Source of the DNA: Chara braunii
Lineage: Eukaryota; Plantae; Charophyceae
NCBI GenBank assembly: GCA_003427395.1
Contig: BFEA01000004.1
Coordinates: 1,965,628 to 2,029,627, forward strand
Direction of reading: 5' to 3'
Length of the DNA stretch: 64,000 nt
The number at the start of each line of letters is the position of its first letter. The first letter of the stretch is position 1. The position numbers and the translations under genes were made by a program. A model generated the notes under the pieces. It saw only the letters and a program-made list of their open reading frames with translations, did no database searches and was not told the DNA's origin. Shown piece after piece: positions 24,952 through 39,100 of this stretch.

Positions 24952-27771
24952 CATTTCTCGAGTTAGCGTGTCATCCTTGCGCAGGGGCCATGCTAATCTT
25001 ATCTGTATCGTTCCAATTTTGACGGATGTCACGAAGGACCTCGAGTTCTTTTCATCCTTCCCTACTGGTACTTCCTTTCAAATGCGAGAAGCTTCTCAAA
25101 AGTGTACGGTTACTTTTTCTTTTTTTTTCCTTTCTTTTTCTTCCGGTTGCTTGCTTGCCGCTAGAAGGATCATTCATACCAGAAGCGTCGTTTGGTGGAG
25201 TAGCGCCTATGTCTGACATGGGGCAAGGTCTCGTTTGCACGGATTACGAGATTTCGGCCGTTAATCTTCGTTATTTACGGCCGATATCTCTGATCTAGCC
25301 CCAGAGAGTGGCTCCTATTCTTCCCCCTCGCCCCCCCCCCCCACCCCCCACCGCCCACCTCTTCTTTTTTTAAGAAGAAAACAAGCTCCTTTCCAATGGT
25401 GGGGAGCTGCCCCTGCTGGAAATTGGCTCCAGCGTCCCTGAATTGAGAGAGAACCCACTCACAAAGCTTCCCGTTGTTAGGACCTCTTCATTCTCTGTTT
25501 AAAAAGAGAAAAATATTTAAAAATCTCTATAATGGAGCATGTTAGTGCTCTCCTAACTTTTATCACCCGATATCGGAACTGTCGACCAACCTCTGAGCAG
25601 TGTCCGATCTTATCCACTCGATGATAAACTTATCCGCTCGATGATAATCGTATCCACTAGATGAGGCTTCCCATCCCAGTTGTTACGATACTCGTGGATT
25701 CCAGGATGCTGTCCTCACATCCAACGTGCTTGCACTTTCTCTGGGGCTCGTTGCACCTCTCAGTAAATGCATAAAAGACGAACTCTGGCCGTGTACCTTT
25801 CCATGTTATATCGGAAAATGCATTCTCATTTTGCACATTTGGTGAGTGCTGTGGTGAGACCCTCTAAAGCAGAACTGTGCAAAACTGGCAGGAACGGCGG
25901 ATGTACAGTACGGAATGAGAGGAGCCAGAATGACTCTACATTCTTCCCCCGAACACAGCGCACCCTCATCACGACTGTATTGGACTGGAAAGACAGCTTG
26001 TATGCGCTCATGAAGAGGGTGTGTTGTGTTCCAGGGAAGACTGTAGAGCTGACTGGGCAACAGTAGTAAATGTGTATGAATGTGTTTGGTGTGGGATAGG
26101 AGGCAGTGATTGTTTGATTGCCGAAGTGAGCAGGGGTGTAAAAGTGTCGACCTGGAGGATGCAAATGGTCTCCATGCCCAAATGTCAATTTGAGACCAAT
26201 TTTTTTTTCTTTTTCTAAAAAAATAAAAAAATCTGAGGTCATTTAAATCATGTGACCATCCAGCGCTCCTATGGATTGAAGCATACAACTCGGCGAAGTG
26301 CAGTTGCATATGCACTAGCTGTCGTTTCTATGGGATTGCAGAGTAATTCGCTGGTAGTGGGAGGCGGGGGGGGGATACTGGGGGGAGGAAATACAGGAGG
26401 AGAATGCTGGCGGGATCCAACCTGACAGAAGTGAAACTTGTCTCCAGCTCCTGTGAAGTTGCCTGAAACTTCTGTCGTCTGTGAAGTCTGCAGAATAATT
26501 TGCTGTTAGTGGGGGAAAATCAAGGAGGAGAGAGAGAGAGCGAGCCACAGCCTCGCGTTTTGTTCATGAACCATTTACGGTTGTTCGCGGCACCATGTTC
26601 TTTCTCACCTCGTGAAAGCGAGCTTACCTTGACAAGAGTGGAAATTGTCTCCAGAAGGTCCTGTGAAGATGGGGAATACCTGGAGCTTCTATCATCTGTG
26701 AAGGCTGTGGAATAATTCGCTGGTGGTGGGGGGAAATCGAGGAGGAGAGATCTAGCCACAGCCTCACGTTTTGTTCATGAACCATTTGCGGCTGCTTGCA
26801 GCATCATGTTGTCACGCCGAGAAAATCGAGCTTACCTTGACAAGAGTGGAACTTCGTCTCCAGGAGATCCTGTGAGGTTGCGGAATACCTGAAGCTTCTG
26901 TCGTCTGTGAGGTCTACATAGCATGGGTATGATTAGAACGAGCGGAGATGGGCAGATGGGAAAAGTGGTGATTAGGGCATGGACGGAGTTGAAATCGTGT
27001 CGGGGACAACGGCGAGGGAGAAAAAGTGTAGCTGAGGCTGATAAATACGGTATGGTTATAGTAATGTGTATGACAGGAGGAAGCACTGACGCGAATGGAT
27101 GGAAATGAAATGGGGCATATGGATAGGACAGGGAGCAGGGTGGGTATGAGAGAGGGAGAGCAAGGTTTGCGGAGGTTCAAGAGGCAATGGATGTGAGAGT
27201 ATTGGTGTGCACATGAGAGATGTGAAGTAGATGGCGAGAAAGTTTCTGTTTTGGCGAGAAGCTGCAGGGAAGTCTGTTTGGGCGAGAAACTGCGAGTTAG
27301 GGTACGAGGAGCTGCAACAGGGAACTGGGGTGCAGCAACAAGCACGCTAGGAAGGAGAATCAAATAAAGAGAGAGAGAGGGGTGGGAGTACTAGTGGCCC
27401 TGGGGCACAACACGGAGTTTTGGAGGATGGAAACGACGCAAAAGAGTCCAGGAAGACATGTTGGAGGATTAGGGATGAAAGGGGTTGAGAAACAGAAGGG
27501 GAAGCTCTTGTAGGGAGACGAATGTATGTGGAGGAGGCCGAAAGAAAGCCGCAGTAAGATTGTTTGTGTACATGATTGAGAATGCTTATGACGGAAGTTA
27601 TGAGGATTGCTGCTGCCCTTTCAAAAATAGTCGGGAAAAGGAGTTTTCTACATGGCGTGAAACACTACTTAAGAAGTCTTCATGCATTTGTTGCTGGCCG
27701 CAGGAAACGGCTGATGGAGAAGGTGGGAGAAGGGGGTGAAGGGGAGGCGGGAGAGATGGAAAGGGAAGAGG

Positions 27772-27830
<59 letters not shown>

Positions 27831-30692
27831 GAGAGAGAGAGAGGTTAATACACGTTGTTTCATGGAAGAGTTCAAAACCCCTTTTAGGCTGTGGCACTAC
27901 AGCTTTCTTGTAAAGATGATAAATGTGACGGCTGTGGCCTTTGAGCGTCTAGCACTTCTGCTTGCATACAAGGGCTGACCTGTTTGAGGAGTACTTGTAC
28001 TGTTGGCCAGACATCACTACTGGACTTTTGCTACGAAGAGCAAGAGGTTGCAAAGTTGTATTGTCTGCACGTGGGAATACAGAAGCTTCTCTTGGTATTA
28101 AAAGAGACTGGTCACAGTCATGTTGTGTGTGCTCTTTCTTTTGCCTCCCATTTTCGTAGTGCGTTTTCACAGTCGGTGAATTAGCTTGGTAGAGGTTAGG
28201 AGTCAATGCCCGGTCATCAATAGACTCGTTAAGAGTCATTATAGCCATGTTTGGTGCAATTTTCAGTCCAGATACAGCCATATAATGACTGGGCGTTCTA
28301 TTCTGGTGAAGACAGTGGTCTAGATTATGTAAGCCGTTGCGGGCTTGTTTGTGTCATTTGTGAAGGTGTGAATCCCAATACGTGCCATTGCAGTAGCTTC
28401 TTGGACGTTTCCCCGTGAACTTACGTGCCATTGCAACTGGAAAGTCGATAAATCTCGAGGCGCATTTCTATGTCCAGATCCAACAGAGCAAGTGCATTGA
28501 AATTTTTAATCTCTAAGAGAGCATTACATGTTCAACTTGTTTGTCAGCAACCGAGATTTGCCGCTCTTTCTTTTTTCTCCCTTCTTTTCATTCCTTTTTC
28601 CTCCTCTTCCTTTTCTTTCCTGCTCAATTTATGAGTGTCGTCCTTGCACAGGGGCCACACTAATCTTCTCCACGTTGCTCCAATTTTAACGAATGTCCTG
28701 AAGGACGCTTTGCCACTCTAGGTGGCCAAGGGAGCTTTGAATTTTTCAAATCGGCGGCTGCGCTTGCCCACAGAGCCGCAGGGCAAGAACACTGGAAACG
28801 TCGCAGTCAGTAATCTAGTATTGTGTGGGACAATTTCTGACAATGAATGGCTGGGCATCTATCTTAAGATGGCCACCGTTTTCTACAAGATTTTTCTTCT
28901 GGTGGAGGTTTCAGGGGCTACCCACAGTGTGGTTTGCGGGGCTCTGTTGTTTCGCCTGGCAAAATCTCGGTGAGCCAACAGATCCCTCCGAGAACAGACC
29001 GTCGGATGTGGACACAGAGCTCCTCTGTTCCGTGATTAGTATCAGAAGAAAACCATTCCCCTTCACTGGTAGTGGACTTTTTCCGTGGTGCCCCTTGGGA
29101 GTCCAAAAAGATCCTAGATGCATGGGATGTTGACTGGTAATTGGTTCTGATGTGGACTGCGCCTTGTTATTTGTTATCAGCCCAAATGCGGCGAACAAAT
29201 GCAGTCCATCAGCTGGTCTTTTGTTTCTTTTTCCCCCTTTCTTTGCAATGTAAAAGCAACTCCTTCCCCCAAGTAGAAGATCGGGGAGGAAGCGTAGAGC
29301 ATGTCATTCTTGTTTTTTTTGTGTGGGGGTGTGGGGTGGAGGGGTGGAGAGGGGGAGAGAGAAAGATGGGAAGTTGAGTAATGAGAAGGAAGGAATCGAG
29401 GGAGGGAGGGAGTGAGACTGACACCAGTGTGCGATGGGTTTGTTTGATTATCTTGCGCAGTTTCTCTTGACGTCATCAATGGACAATTCTGTCCGGCTTT
29501 GGCACATTTCTGTCGACCAATGCCTGCGTGTGTTTCCTCACAGTGATTTCGGTACGTGCCTCTGTCCTCCTTGGCTTACCCATCTTTGCGATGCCTACTT
29601 TTCTGCTTCCCGTTAGAGGTACTATTCGTTCCTCGTTGTTCTTGTGGTTGTGTGAACCTGGTCGGGAGAATGCTGGGAAGTGTCATGGGGTTCGAAAGCG
29701 AACTAGGTGGCTCTGATGACGAACCACTGTGTTCTCAATATGCCTATCGAGCAAAGGATTGGTAGTCCGGTGCATGCTGGCCTTTACGTGTACAGATCCG
29801 TTTTCCGACTTCCTTTGTCTTCCCGGCCCCAGCAGTCAAATTGCCTCTTTGACGAGTAACAGCGGGAAAACAATGGATCCTAATAATGTCAACGAAACGA
29901 AGAGAGTATACCTTTCTGTTTCCTGAGCTGGTATCCGATTGTGTCGAGTTCTTCCTATTTGCGCTCGAAAAAGAAATGACTGATATGTGCTAGTTTGTTT
30001 GCCATGAACTGGAGGATACTTCCCTAGAAATCGAAGGCCATGGAGCTGCCCCTCTGTGATCTGATTGCCTGTTGTTGTGGACATTGCAAATATTTATGAA
30101 CATTGTGGACATCGTCACATGTTCCCAGCTGGATGAAAAAGGTTTATTAAGGGGCGCACCACCTTTTCAGTATCAGTCCTGACAAGTTTCTGAGCGGTGG
30201 TGCTCGTCCTCCCCTTGAAATCATTGAGATCTGATCCTTCCTACCTTTTTGTTGAGATCTTAGATCTTGTTCTACCTGCCCCAAACTCGAGCAGTCAGTT
30301 CAAGATGTGTTTCTAAAACATCATAATTGAGAAGCAACCTACCTTTTTTGTCGATATTTTTTTTGTCCCTTTTTTGTCGATATTTTTTTTGTCCATCCGT
30401 CCCTCGCCTCCTTGCTCCCTTCTCCTGCCACTGTCATCTATGTCGGCATCGTTTGTGATCATCATGGTCATCGCGAGTGTCCCCCCCCTTTCCCCCCCCC
30501 CTCTCTCCCCTCTGCTCCACCAACCCACTGGACGCTGTGCATCCTTATAGTTTCTCTGAAGTCAAGAATCTTTTCTAGGGTAAACTTCACGGTCATTGTT
30601 TCCATCGTTATCATTATCATCGCCGTCCTCGGCATCGACGTCATGTCATCTCTACCCTTCTGCCAACCATTGGACACGAAGATTGGAAACCC

Positions 30693-30755
<63 letters not shown>

Positions 30756-33700
30756 GCATGAGTGAAGTGTTCTGAATGTGGCGGTTTGATTCTCTCCAAC
30801 TTGCACATGGTGTGGTTACTTCAGTTGTCAGCAGGAGCATGCTGGTAGGGGATGGATTGTTCAGCCCTGACTGCTGAGTTGGCATCAGGGCTTGTGACAG
30901 TGGAAACCGTGCTGGAGCTGATTTATGTTTAGCCTGAAGAGGGAGATATACTTTTGGGAGGAAGGAGGTCACTTGATAATCCTGTTTTGCAACAGGGGTG
31001 CTGCGGTTGTGGATTTGCAGTTCATCTTTCCCCCTGTACGTTAACGCATGTTTCTGCGTTCCTTTTGTTTTCTTTTTCTCCCTTGCGGTTCAGCTTGTGA
31101 TTTCCTGATCTGTAACAAGATGGTGATCCATATTGTGCATGTGGTGTTATGCAGTGACTTGTGTCGACTTCAATCCTGTTGATGACAAGTTCTTCATAAG
31201 TGGGTCTTTTGATGACAAGCTAAGGATCTGGAACATTCCTGACTTCTCGGTTGCGGACTGGACAGACGTTCGCGAGATTGTGACCACAGCCTGTTACACC
31301 AGGGATGGGAAGGTGAGCTAACTTGACGAACAGGAGGGTTTTCCTCTTTTTAATCGTAGGTTCGTTTTCTAAGTCATAATGCAATGGGGATGGCCGCCAA
31401 GCCTCTGGGGGAGAAGATGAACGCTCTTCACACTGTTTCTTCTCTGGGTTTCAGGGTGTTGGGGGTGAATATGGAACATTCAACACTGGATGTTGAGCTG
31501 GCGACTTTCACCGCTTCGCGCCTAATTCACCGCCTACGTGCCCTTTACGCCTAGTCATTCCGAATAACACTTGCCCCCCCCGGACAGCTTGATCGTGTTT
31601 ATGCAAACTACCTTTCAAGGTAGTGGTTGTGACACACGTGTGGACTCTTTTTGCATGTCTGTTAATGACTGTTCATGCCAGACTCTGCGCTGAGCCACAG
31701 GTGGCTCCATTTGGTGCGAAGCACAACACCCAGCTGTTGACCATTGCTGGGGAGTACTTCTGTGGGCAGTTCTGGATGCATGATGAGTGAGGGGAGTGCA
31801 TGCTCCGGGGAGTACTTTTGTGGGCAGTTCTGGATGCATGATGAGTGAGGGGAGTGCATGCTTCAGCTTTATGTTTGTCTCTCCTTGGTACCTGTAACAG
31901 ACCTAACACGACAGTGGTATTGGGAAGGTGCATCCAAAGACAGGCAGACCGGTGTCCACAGTCCATCTTGCCTGCAGTACTTGGGTGTATATAAGGACAG
32001 GAGCGAAGCTGAACATCGCTGGTTGAAGTGAAGCCAAGCTCTGTTCAAGCTGAATATGGTGCAAAGCTTAAACTATCACTACCCCCGACGGCTGAAATTC
32101 GGCTTTCCTGGGGGGCGACGACCGGCAGGCGCAGGCGGGTCCAGTCCCGAGATTTTCAAGCACCAACTTTGGTGATTTTTCACGCTCAGAAGAATTGACG
32201 AAAAATCTGAAAATTGGAGATCCTATAGATTAGGTTGTGATCTATCCAGGAAAAATATCAGAAAAATATTTATGAAAAAAAATTAGACCGCGAAATGAGT
32301 GCTGCACCGATTCGTTGCCTTTTGCATTTTTGCCAGTCTACCACGTGTTGGCCAATGGAAAAAGTACCCCAACTTCTGCATTTTTTTGCGCGCAGAAGAA
32401 TGACTCGAAAGCTCTGAAAATTGGAGGGTCTGTAGATTTGGCTGTGATCTTTCCAGGAAAAATATTAAATTAAAAATAAAAATAAAAATAGTTTCAACTG
32501 CGAAATAAATTGCTGCGGCAATTCGATGCATTTTCCATTTTTGCCACTCGGCCGGTTCTCCCCACTGTGCTACCGTTAATCCTCGTGAACCTGTGCTACC
32601 GTTCCCCCCCAATTTAGGACGGCGGGGGTAGGGGTGGTTTAACAGCCAGCTGCAGGCCATAGGTGAGGAATGCAGGCTCATCAAGCAGCGCCAAAAGCCT
32701 TGCTTTTGTCAGGGGATCTGCTTTTGATGGTGTAGAGTCTGTAGACTGATGGCCCCAACATGACGGAGCATTCATTGTCTTGTCATAAATAACTGCTGTT
32801 TTTGAGAGGCCGAAATGTCCCGCCAGGACTCCAGGGTTCGTCCAAGAGCCTAGGTCTTTTGCTTGAGCCTAGGTTTTTTGCTTTGCGAGGGGGCAATATT
32901 TGAAACTTACCCCACCTGTCACTAATCTGCCAAGGCCAAATTAAGAAAGGAGAAAATAAAAGGAGGTTTAAATTTTAAATTGAAACAGGGGAAAAAAGGT
33001 GGTGCCAACATCTACGAAATGGAAGATTGCAAGAGAGAAGACCGAAAAAGATGCACCTTGGAGAACCCAGGACAGACTCGCAGTTCAAATTTGTGCCACA
33101 GTAGTCAAAGGCTCTGTGGCGGATAAGACCAGGACTTGATGAAAGGGAGAGAGGGAGATGTATCTGATAGCCCTCGGTCATCTCTCGTTGGGACAGGGAA
33201 AGGGCAGAAAGAAAAGACAAGATAAAGAATAGTCTTATCATCACCACCAGATTCATGACAACTCAGGGCACGCTTTCGCTTGCTGCTGTCCTCCCTGGAC
33301 TATTCACATGAGGCGTTATCTCTTGGAAGTCCTATACTGCATTGGGCAGTGCTGTGAGGGTCACTCTTCTTTGGCTTTACATGGAGTCGAAGATTGACAG
33401 GGCGAGCAGCATAAGTAACCACCCACTGCAGATGTGGTGGCCCGACCATCGGCGGGTACAGGTATGAATGATGCTACGTGGGCTGGGTGGTACAATCTGG
33501 GGTACATGTGTGATGCTGTGTGGGCTGGGCTGCAGAACCTTCGTTCCCCTCCACAATCGCTAAATGAAGGAGAAGCGAAGAGGACTTTCCCGGAGAGGGG
33601 GAACTCCAGTGCATGTGATGTTGGAAGCCCTTTCCTTTTGTTTGGAAGGCCTTTTCGCTGTGTATACCCCTTTCTATAGGAAAAGGGGGTAGCCATTCAC

Positions 33701-34451
33701 AACAGATCCGGCCACAATCTGAGCTCGTGACCTGCTCTCGTCCACATGCCGCAGGTGTGTACTTGTAGTGCTCTCCAGCAACACTGTCGACTCTATTCAA
33801 ACACAGTTCCGGATAAAGAATGAAGCCCTGCAAAATGACGCAAATGAAAAACGGAAACAACAATAATGAAAGCAAAGGCAAACTACATCAGAAGAGCGGA
33901 AACAAAGGAACAACCCCTAACATTATTCCATTTGTCTGATTCCATCGTGATTCGCTCTTGCACCTGTGAAAATAAGCAGAGCAAAGGAGCAATTCAATTA
34001 ATAATGTAGCGTTCGCCCATGCAAATAAGAAATGCTAAGGAGCTTGTGACCTGCTCACTTACAGTTCCCCGTGGGAAAGTTTCCCTTGGGCCCATTAGGG
34101 CCTGTCTTCCAAGATCCACTTCTTGAAGTAGGTATTATATGGATAATAACAGGGTTGCACCCCTGCCGACCGCCGACCCCGACCGCCGATCGTATTGCAG
34201 CCGACCAGTAGGACCGATTGGTCGGCGGTCTGCCGACCAGTCAGAAAACAACCATCCACTGATTTTTAAAAAAATCTGAGTTGGGGGCTGTGCTGCGCTT
34301 GCCGAGTACAGCCCAAATCCGCTGAGAAACATTTGGGGATTTGGGGGGGTATGGGGGGGTTGGGGTTGGATCATACCTGCGGCGCAAGTGTGCTGGTCAC
34401 CAATGCGAAAAAAGAAAAGAAAAAGCGGCTGTTATGTGTGAGAACACGCGC

Positions 34452-34525
<74 letters not shown>

Positions 34526-35891
34526 AAACAAATAGCTCCTTTTAGCATTTATTTGAAAATGGGTTGGAGTATAGGGGAAGTATAGGGATGATATAGGGGA
34601 TATTGGGGAGGTTAATAAGGGTGTTGGAGGCGGTTTGGGTGTGTTGGGGTGATGTATGGGGGTATTGGGGGCCGCTATTAGGTGTTGGTGGTGTTATTAG
34701 GGTTTCTGGNCCCCCCCCCCCCCCAAAAAAAAAAAAAAAAAAAAAAAGTGCGAGGTGCCGATGACCCCCGAGCGGTAGGTGCCGACCAGCCGATCGGTCG
34801 GCGGGTCGGCAGCCGACCAGTCAAGGGCCGCCGGCCGTCGGCGGGTCCAACACTGGATAATAATGTGATAACATACTAGCCTACTGATAGTTTGGTTGTG
34901 GGGACCGATAACTGTCAGGTTGTCTTTTGGCCGATCATAAGCCTCTCCCATGAGATGCAGCTCATACAATTTGAGCCCTCTGGCCGTCATTGCAATGCTC
35001 CCTGTGGAAATAAGTCCTATAGAGTGATGATGATCAAGCCGGAGGCGGCCTCTTGGTTGCAGGTACGATTTGGCTGGCTATTAACATTGAGAAGGCTCTG
35101 CACGAATTGTGAGTACTGAATCGAAGTGATCGGTCTTTTCTTCAGATTTTGGGCGGTGGCCACATCCTAATGTAATCTATTATCTATGGCTCTGGGAGGT
35201 TGATGAATGTTGTTGCAAAACCATCTATTGGCCAGGCATGGTCTTGTTAAAGAGACTGCATTGCTCCCTCCCTGTCTCCTTTTTGTTTTTCCCTTTCCCT
35301 GTTCTCTCACTTCGTTTGTTCAAAGGGTGTGCAAACTCTCTGCTGTTTAAGCCCTTTCTTTCTCCTGCCTCCTTTTAATGATATTCCTTAACCTTGTGTG
35401 CACAGGGGGCAATTGTTGGATCTCATAAGGGCATTTGCAGATTCTACAGCATTACAGGTGTGTATAGCGGGAACACTTGATGGTTGTTTTATATCCGCCT
35501 TTGGTTGGTTTCCCCCTTTCTGTTGAGTGGCAGGATGGAAACTTCTCGCGGCTTTGCACTGCTATCTGTTCCTGTGCTGTTTGTGTCGCTTCGTTATGAC
35601 CTTCCTCTAGATTTAACTTCAGCTCATGGTCGTGGAGAGATCATTGATCAAGCAGGGCAAGGCTTGCCGTTTGTTGAAATAGAACGGATGGAATCTATGC
35701 ACGGACGGATGGCATCATATCTTGGTGGCATTGGCTTGATGGCATGTTAGTGATGGAACGCTAAATTCACATGGCAGGAGAGGTAATGTATGAAATGTCC
35801 GGATGAAATGATAAATTCATGGCGGGCTTTGCTAGCTGCAGGAATTGGGAAAGGTGTCCTTTCGGTGGTGCATGAGCAAGGGGGGAGAGGG

Positions 35892-35946
<55 letters not shown>

Positions 35947-35953
35947 CACACAC

Positions 35954-35988
<35 letters not shown>

Positions 35989-36058
35989 NNNNNNNNNNNN
36001 NNNNNNNNNNNNNNNNNNNNNNNNNNNNNNNNNNNNNNNNNNNNNNNNNNNNNNNNNN

Positions 36059-36116
<58 letters not shown>

Positions 36117-39100
36117 AGGTCGCTACCTTGCAGAGGCCAGTGATCTGGTTACTGGTGCGAGCTTAGCCTTTGTAAGGATTTTGAGGGAGCCAAGCGGTTT
36201 GATGCTTGTACACTAGCTGAAGTCATTTGCATGCTTGGTTGGAAACCGATGGCCACTTCTTCACTGGGGAAAATGCATGGAAGGCTTCCCAAATCAAGAC
36301 TGCAGTTCGGGAGGGAACTCGTCAGGGGTTCGGAGATGGAGATTCCGGCAAGAGTCAGAGAACCTAAATCAAGGGGAAGTAATTTTCTGCAATGAACGAC
36401 TAGTGGGAGAGGACTGAAGCTCGTGGAACCGCAACCCCAAGGAGATCAGACGGGGATTAGGGCTGGAGAAAGAAGTGTGGCAACTGTTTGGAATGAAACA
36501 GGCATTGATTAGAAGCCACCAACTGAGCTTAGAGAATCCCTAAGAGTGTGCAACAAATGATCGCGTCAGTCTCATCAGAATGGATAGATCTCACCAAGCC
36601 CATTTGGTGGAATGGAACACCCATGAACTGTTGATGTACAGACCTGAGTTTGGATCCTGATGGAAGGAAATGAGTAGTATAACAATTCGGAAAGGGTATC
36701 AATTATCTGGGTCCGATCAGTTCGACAATGATACGTCAAGGCCAAAAGGAACGGACCAATCTTCCAAAAGCGGACACAGTGGCTAAGAAGGGAATGGTCA
36801 GTCCTCAAGCCACAAGTAATCCCAGATGAGGGTATGGCTTTGTGGGACTACAAGGCGGCAGGAGAGAGTGAATCAGATTCATCTTGCACACCCTTGAAGA
36901 GCCAGGACCAGAAATTAGTGAGAGAGGGTAAGGAAAGACTTGATGAGAAAGCTTCAGCGCCTGGAACAGGCATGGAATCTCATAAGCTGAAGAAACGACA
37001 TTAGCATTAGATGGTTTTAGTCCTAACCTAGCAGCGTATTCCACAGGGTTAGGTTACACACTGAGAAGCATGTCCGTAGGAGCTCCGGACTCAATCCTAG
37101 CCCGGAAATGGTGTGATCTCCTCAATGCAGGTCCAGCGGAGCTTGAAGAAAATCCCCCCACAAAAGATCCCCTTACTGAAGATCTTCCCGTGGCATAAAA
37201 GCCCATGCTCAGGCTGCCCTACCCTGCTTCAGAAATCTTCAACGTCCACTGCTGTACATAGCAGTGCCGGTCCACAAATGGACGAATAAAAAGTCCACTG
37301 AAGGAGCTTTGAGGATACTGCCGAGAGGGTCGAGCAGCTAATCTTTTCTTCACCATCGTCCATGGTTTCTTGGAGTGTGAGCATGTTGTGCCACTCGGGG
37401 ACAAGACGGAACAAACCTGGGAAAAGATAATGGGCAAGCGATTCCCATCAGAGATGCTCTACTATTTCTGATAGGCTTCAATGCAGCACGAATTGGCTGG
37501 TCTTCAAGAATGACCTTTACCGAATTTGAGTGACACGCATACTGTCGACAACATGGAAGAAGAGGTGCCAAGAAACCATGGACGGAAGACCCATCTGTGC
37601 ACCGGAGGCCTGGGCCCTAGCCCAAGACGATTTGGCAGAGGACCAGACACAGTATGGAAAATGTGCCAGAGAAGCAGCATTCATTCAGAAGAACGGCCAG
37701 AACCTCTTTGCAGACGGCAAAATGGGCTCAGTAAGAGACAAAACATTGATCCATCAACGGAGGGAAGGGATTATCGAGGGAGGATAGTAAATCAAGCAGG
37801 ACAGTCTGCACCGACGGCGGGACTTAAGAAATTCGCACGTGTGGGGCCTAGGAAAGGAATGCAAGATGCCATTGAGTTCAAAATTGAGGGCCCCAAGGAG
37901 AAGTACAGAACCGGTTCTGGAAGAAGAAAGCTGCACCAGCGCACAGAGGCCCGCTTGGGTACTTTACAAAGGCAACTCTGGAGACGATGTTTTCCTTCCT
38001 TCCCCCGCTCCCCTCCCCCCCTCCTCTCCCCCCCCCGGGGATGGTCCCAGGCGCAGAGCACGAAGCCAGAGAGAATACACCAGAAATGTACTCCAGTCGG
38101 CGGAGAAAGATGAACAATGGTTAAGGAGGCAGGTCGAGGGCTCCATTGGGGCAAAACGCGAGGCAGCTCAACGAACTTTGGAGCAGAGATGGTTTAAAAC
38201 ATGGTATGCCCCAGCATTAGGCAGAATGTGCATCCGGGAAGCTCACTACCCAATCAAGGGGCCAATAGTTGCATTGCTCTAGGTTTCGTAGAGGTTCCTG
38301 GCAGCCTGCAATTACAGACTAGCGGACAAGTTCTCAGCCTGTTTCTTAGGCAGAGTAGAAAACAGCATGGAGAGAAGGGCTGTGATCTACTGTATGGCCA
38401 TATCCGACAGCCAATCCTCACACATGGGAACAATCAATGCTGTTGGAGAATCCTAGCCGTGATGGGAGGAAGCGGGTAATTGTGTATGTTTTGGGACTTA
38501 CTGCCGTTACCGGTGGAAAAGGCACTGCACTGATGCCCCCTGCACTCCCCCCACATAGAAAGGCCCAATACCATGAGCGTCCTCAGACGTGCTCACGTAA
38601 TCACCGCCATGCGAAAGATGTCACCGAAAAAGACTGGATATCTACCGAGTACAAGGCATTGAAGGCAACTATGGCGGCACGCCTGGCAATATCGCTTCGC
38701 CATTTCCTCCCAACTTCACAGCGAAAATTGATAACCTGCTACTCGTTCTTATTTTTCTTGATCTGCCTCACTAGTGGTATGCGTAATGGCCTGCCAATAT
38801 GCCACAACTGGTTGAAAGGTCTAGGGTATGGGAAATGTGCAGTGGGCTCATAAGACCCAGTCCCGGGTTCAAATCCTGGCTCTGCCAACCAGCGAAACCG
38901 CGATCTATAGCCCTACGGCGCCTGGTATCAGATCCCAGTGCCAAGAAAAATGGCATTTGACTGATAGTACAGTCCCTGCCAATGTGCAACAGCTGGTTGA
39001 AAGGTCTATGGTACAGGAAATGTGCACTGGGTTCATAAGACCCAGTCCCGGGTTCAATCTTTTTTTTTTCGTTCCAGCTATACATGACAAGTTGTCAGTT

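Noticed and set aside
24948-25039. Functional U6 snRNA gene
   Set aside because: Poly(A) tail, TSD, altered ACAGAGA box, no T-run terminator and no evident TATA upstream indicate a retrocopy.
27485-27739. Short ORFs with protein-like composition (also 13945-14166, 33361-33881, 37526-38113, 45347-45685)
   Set aside because: No motif I recognise, no supporting splice structure; cannot be assigned without a database search.
31492-31582. rRNA gene or bacterial contamination
   Set aside because: Only ~90 nt, embedded in intron sequence, with plant mitochondrial signature bases.
38840-38891. Functional tRNA-Met gene
   Set aside because: No acceptor-stem 5' half or proper D-arm could be folded; anticodon loop register is irregular; occurs as a degenerate direct repeat.
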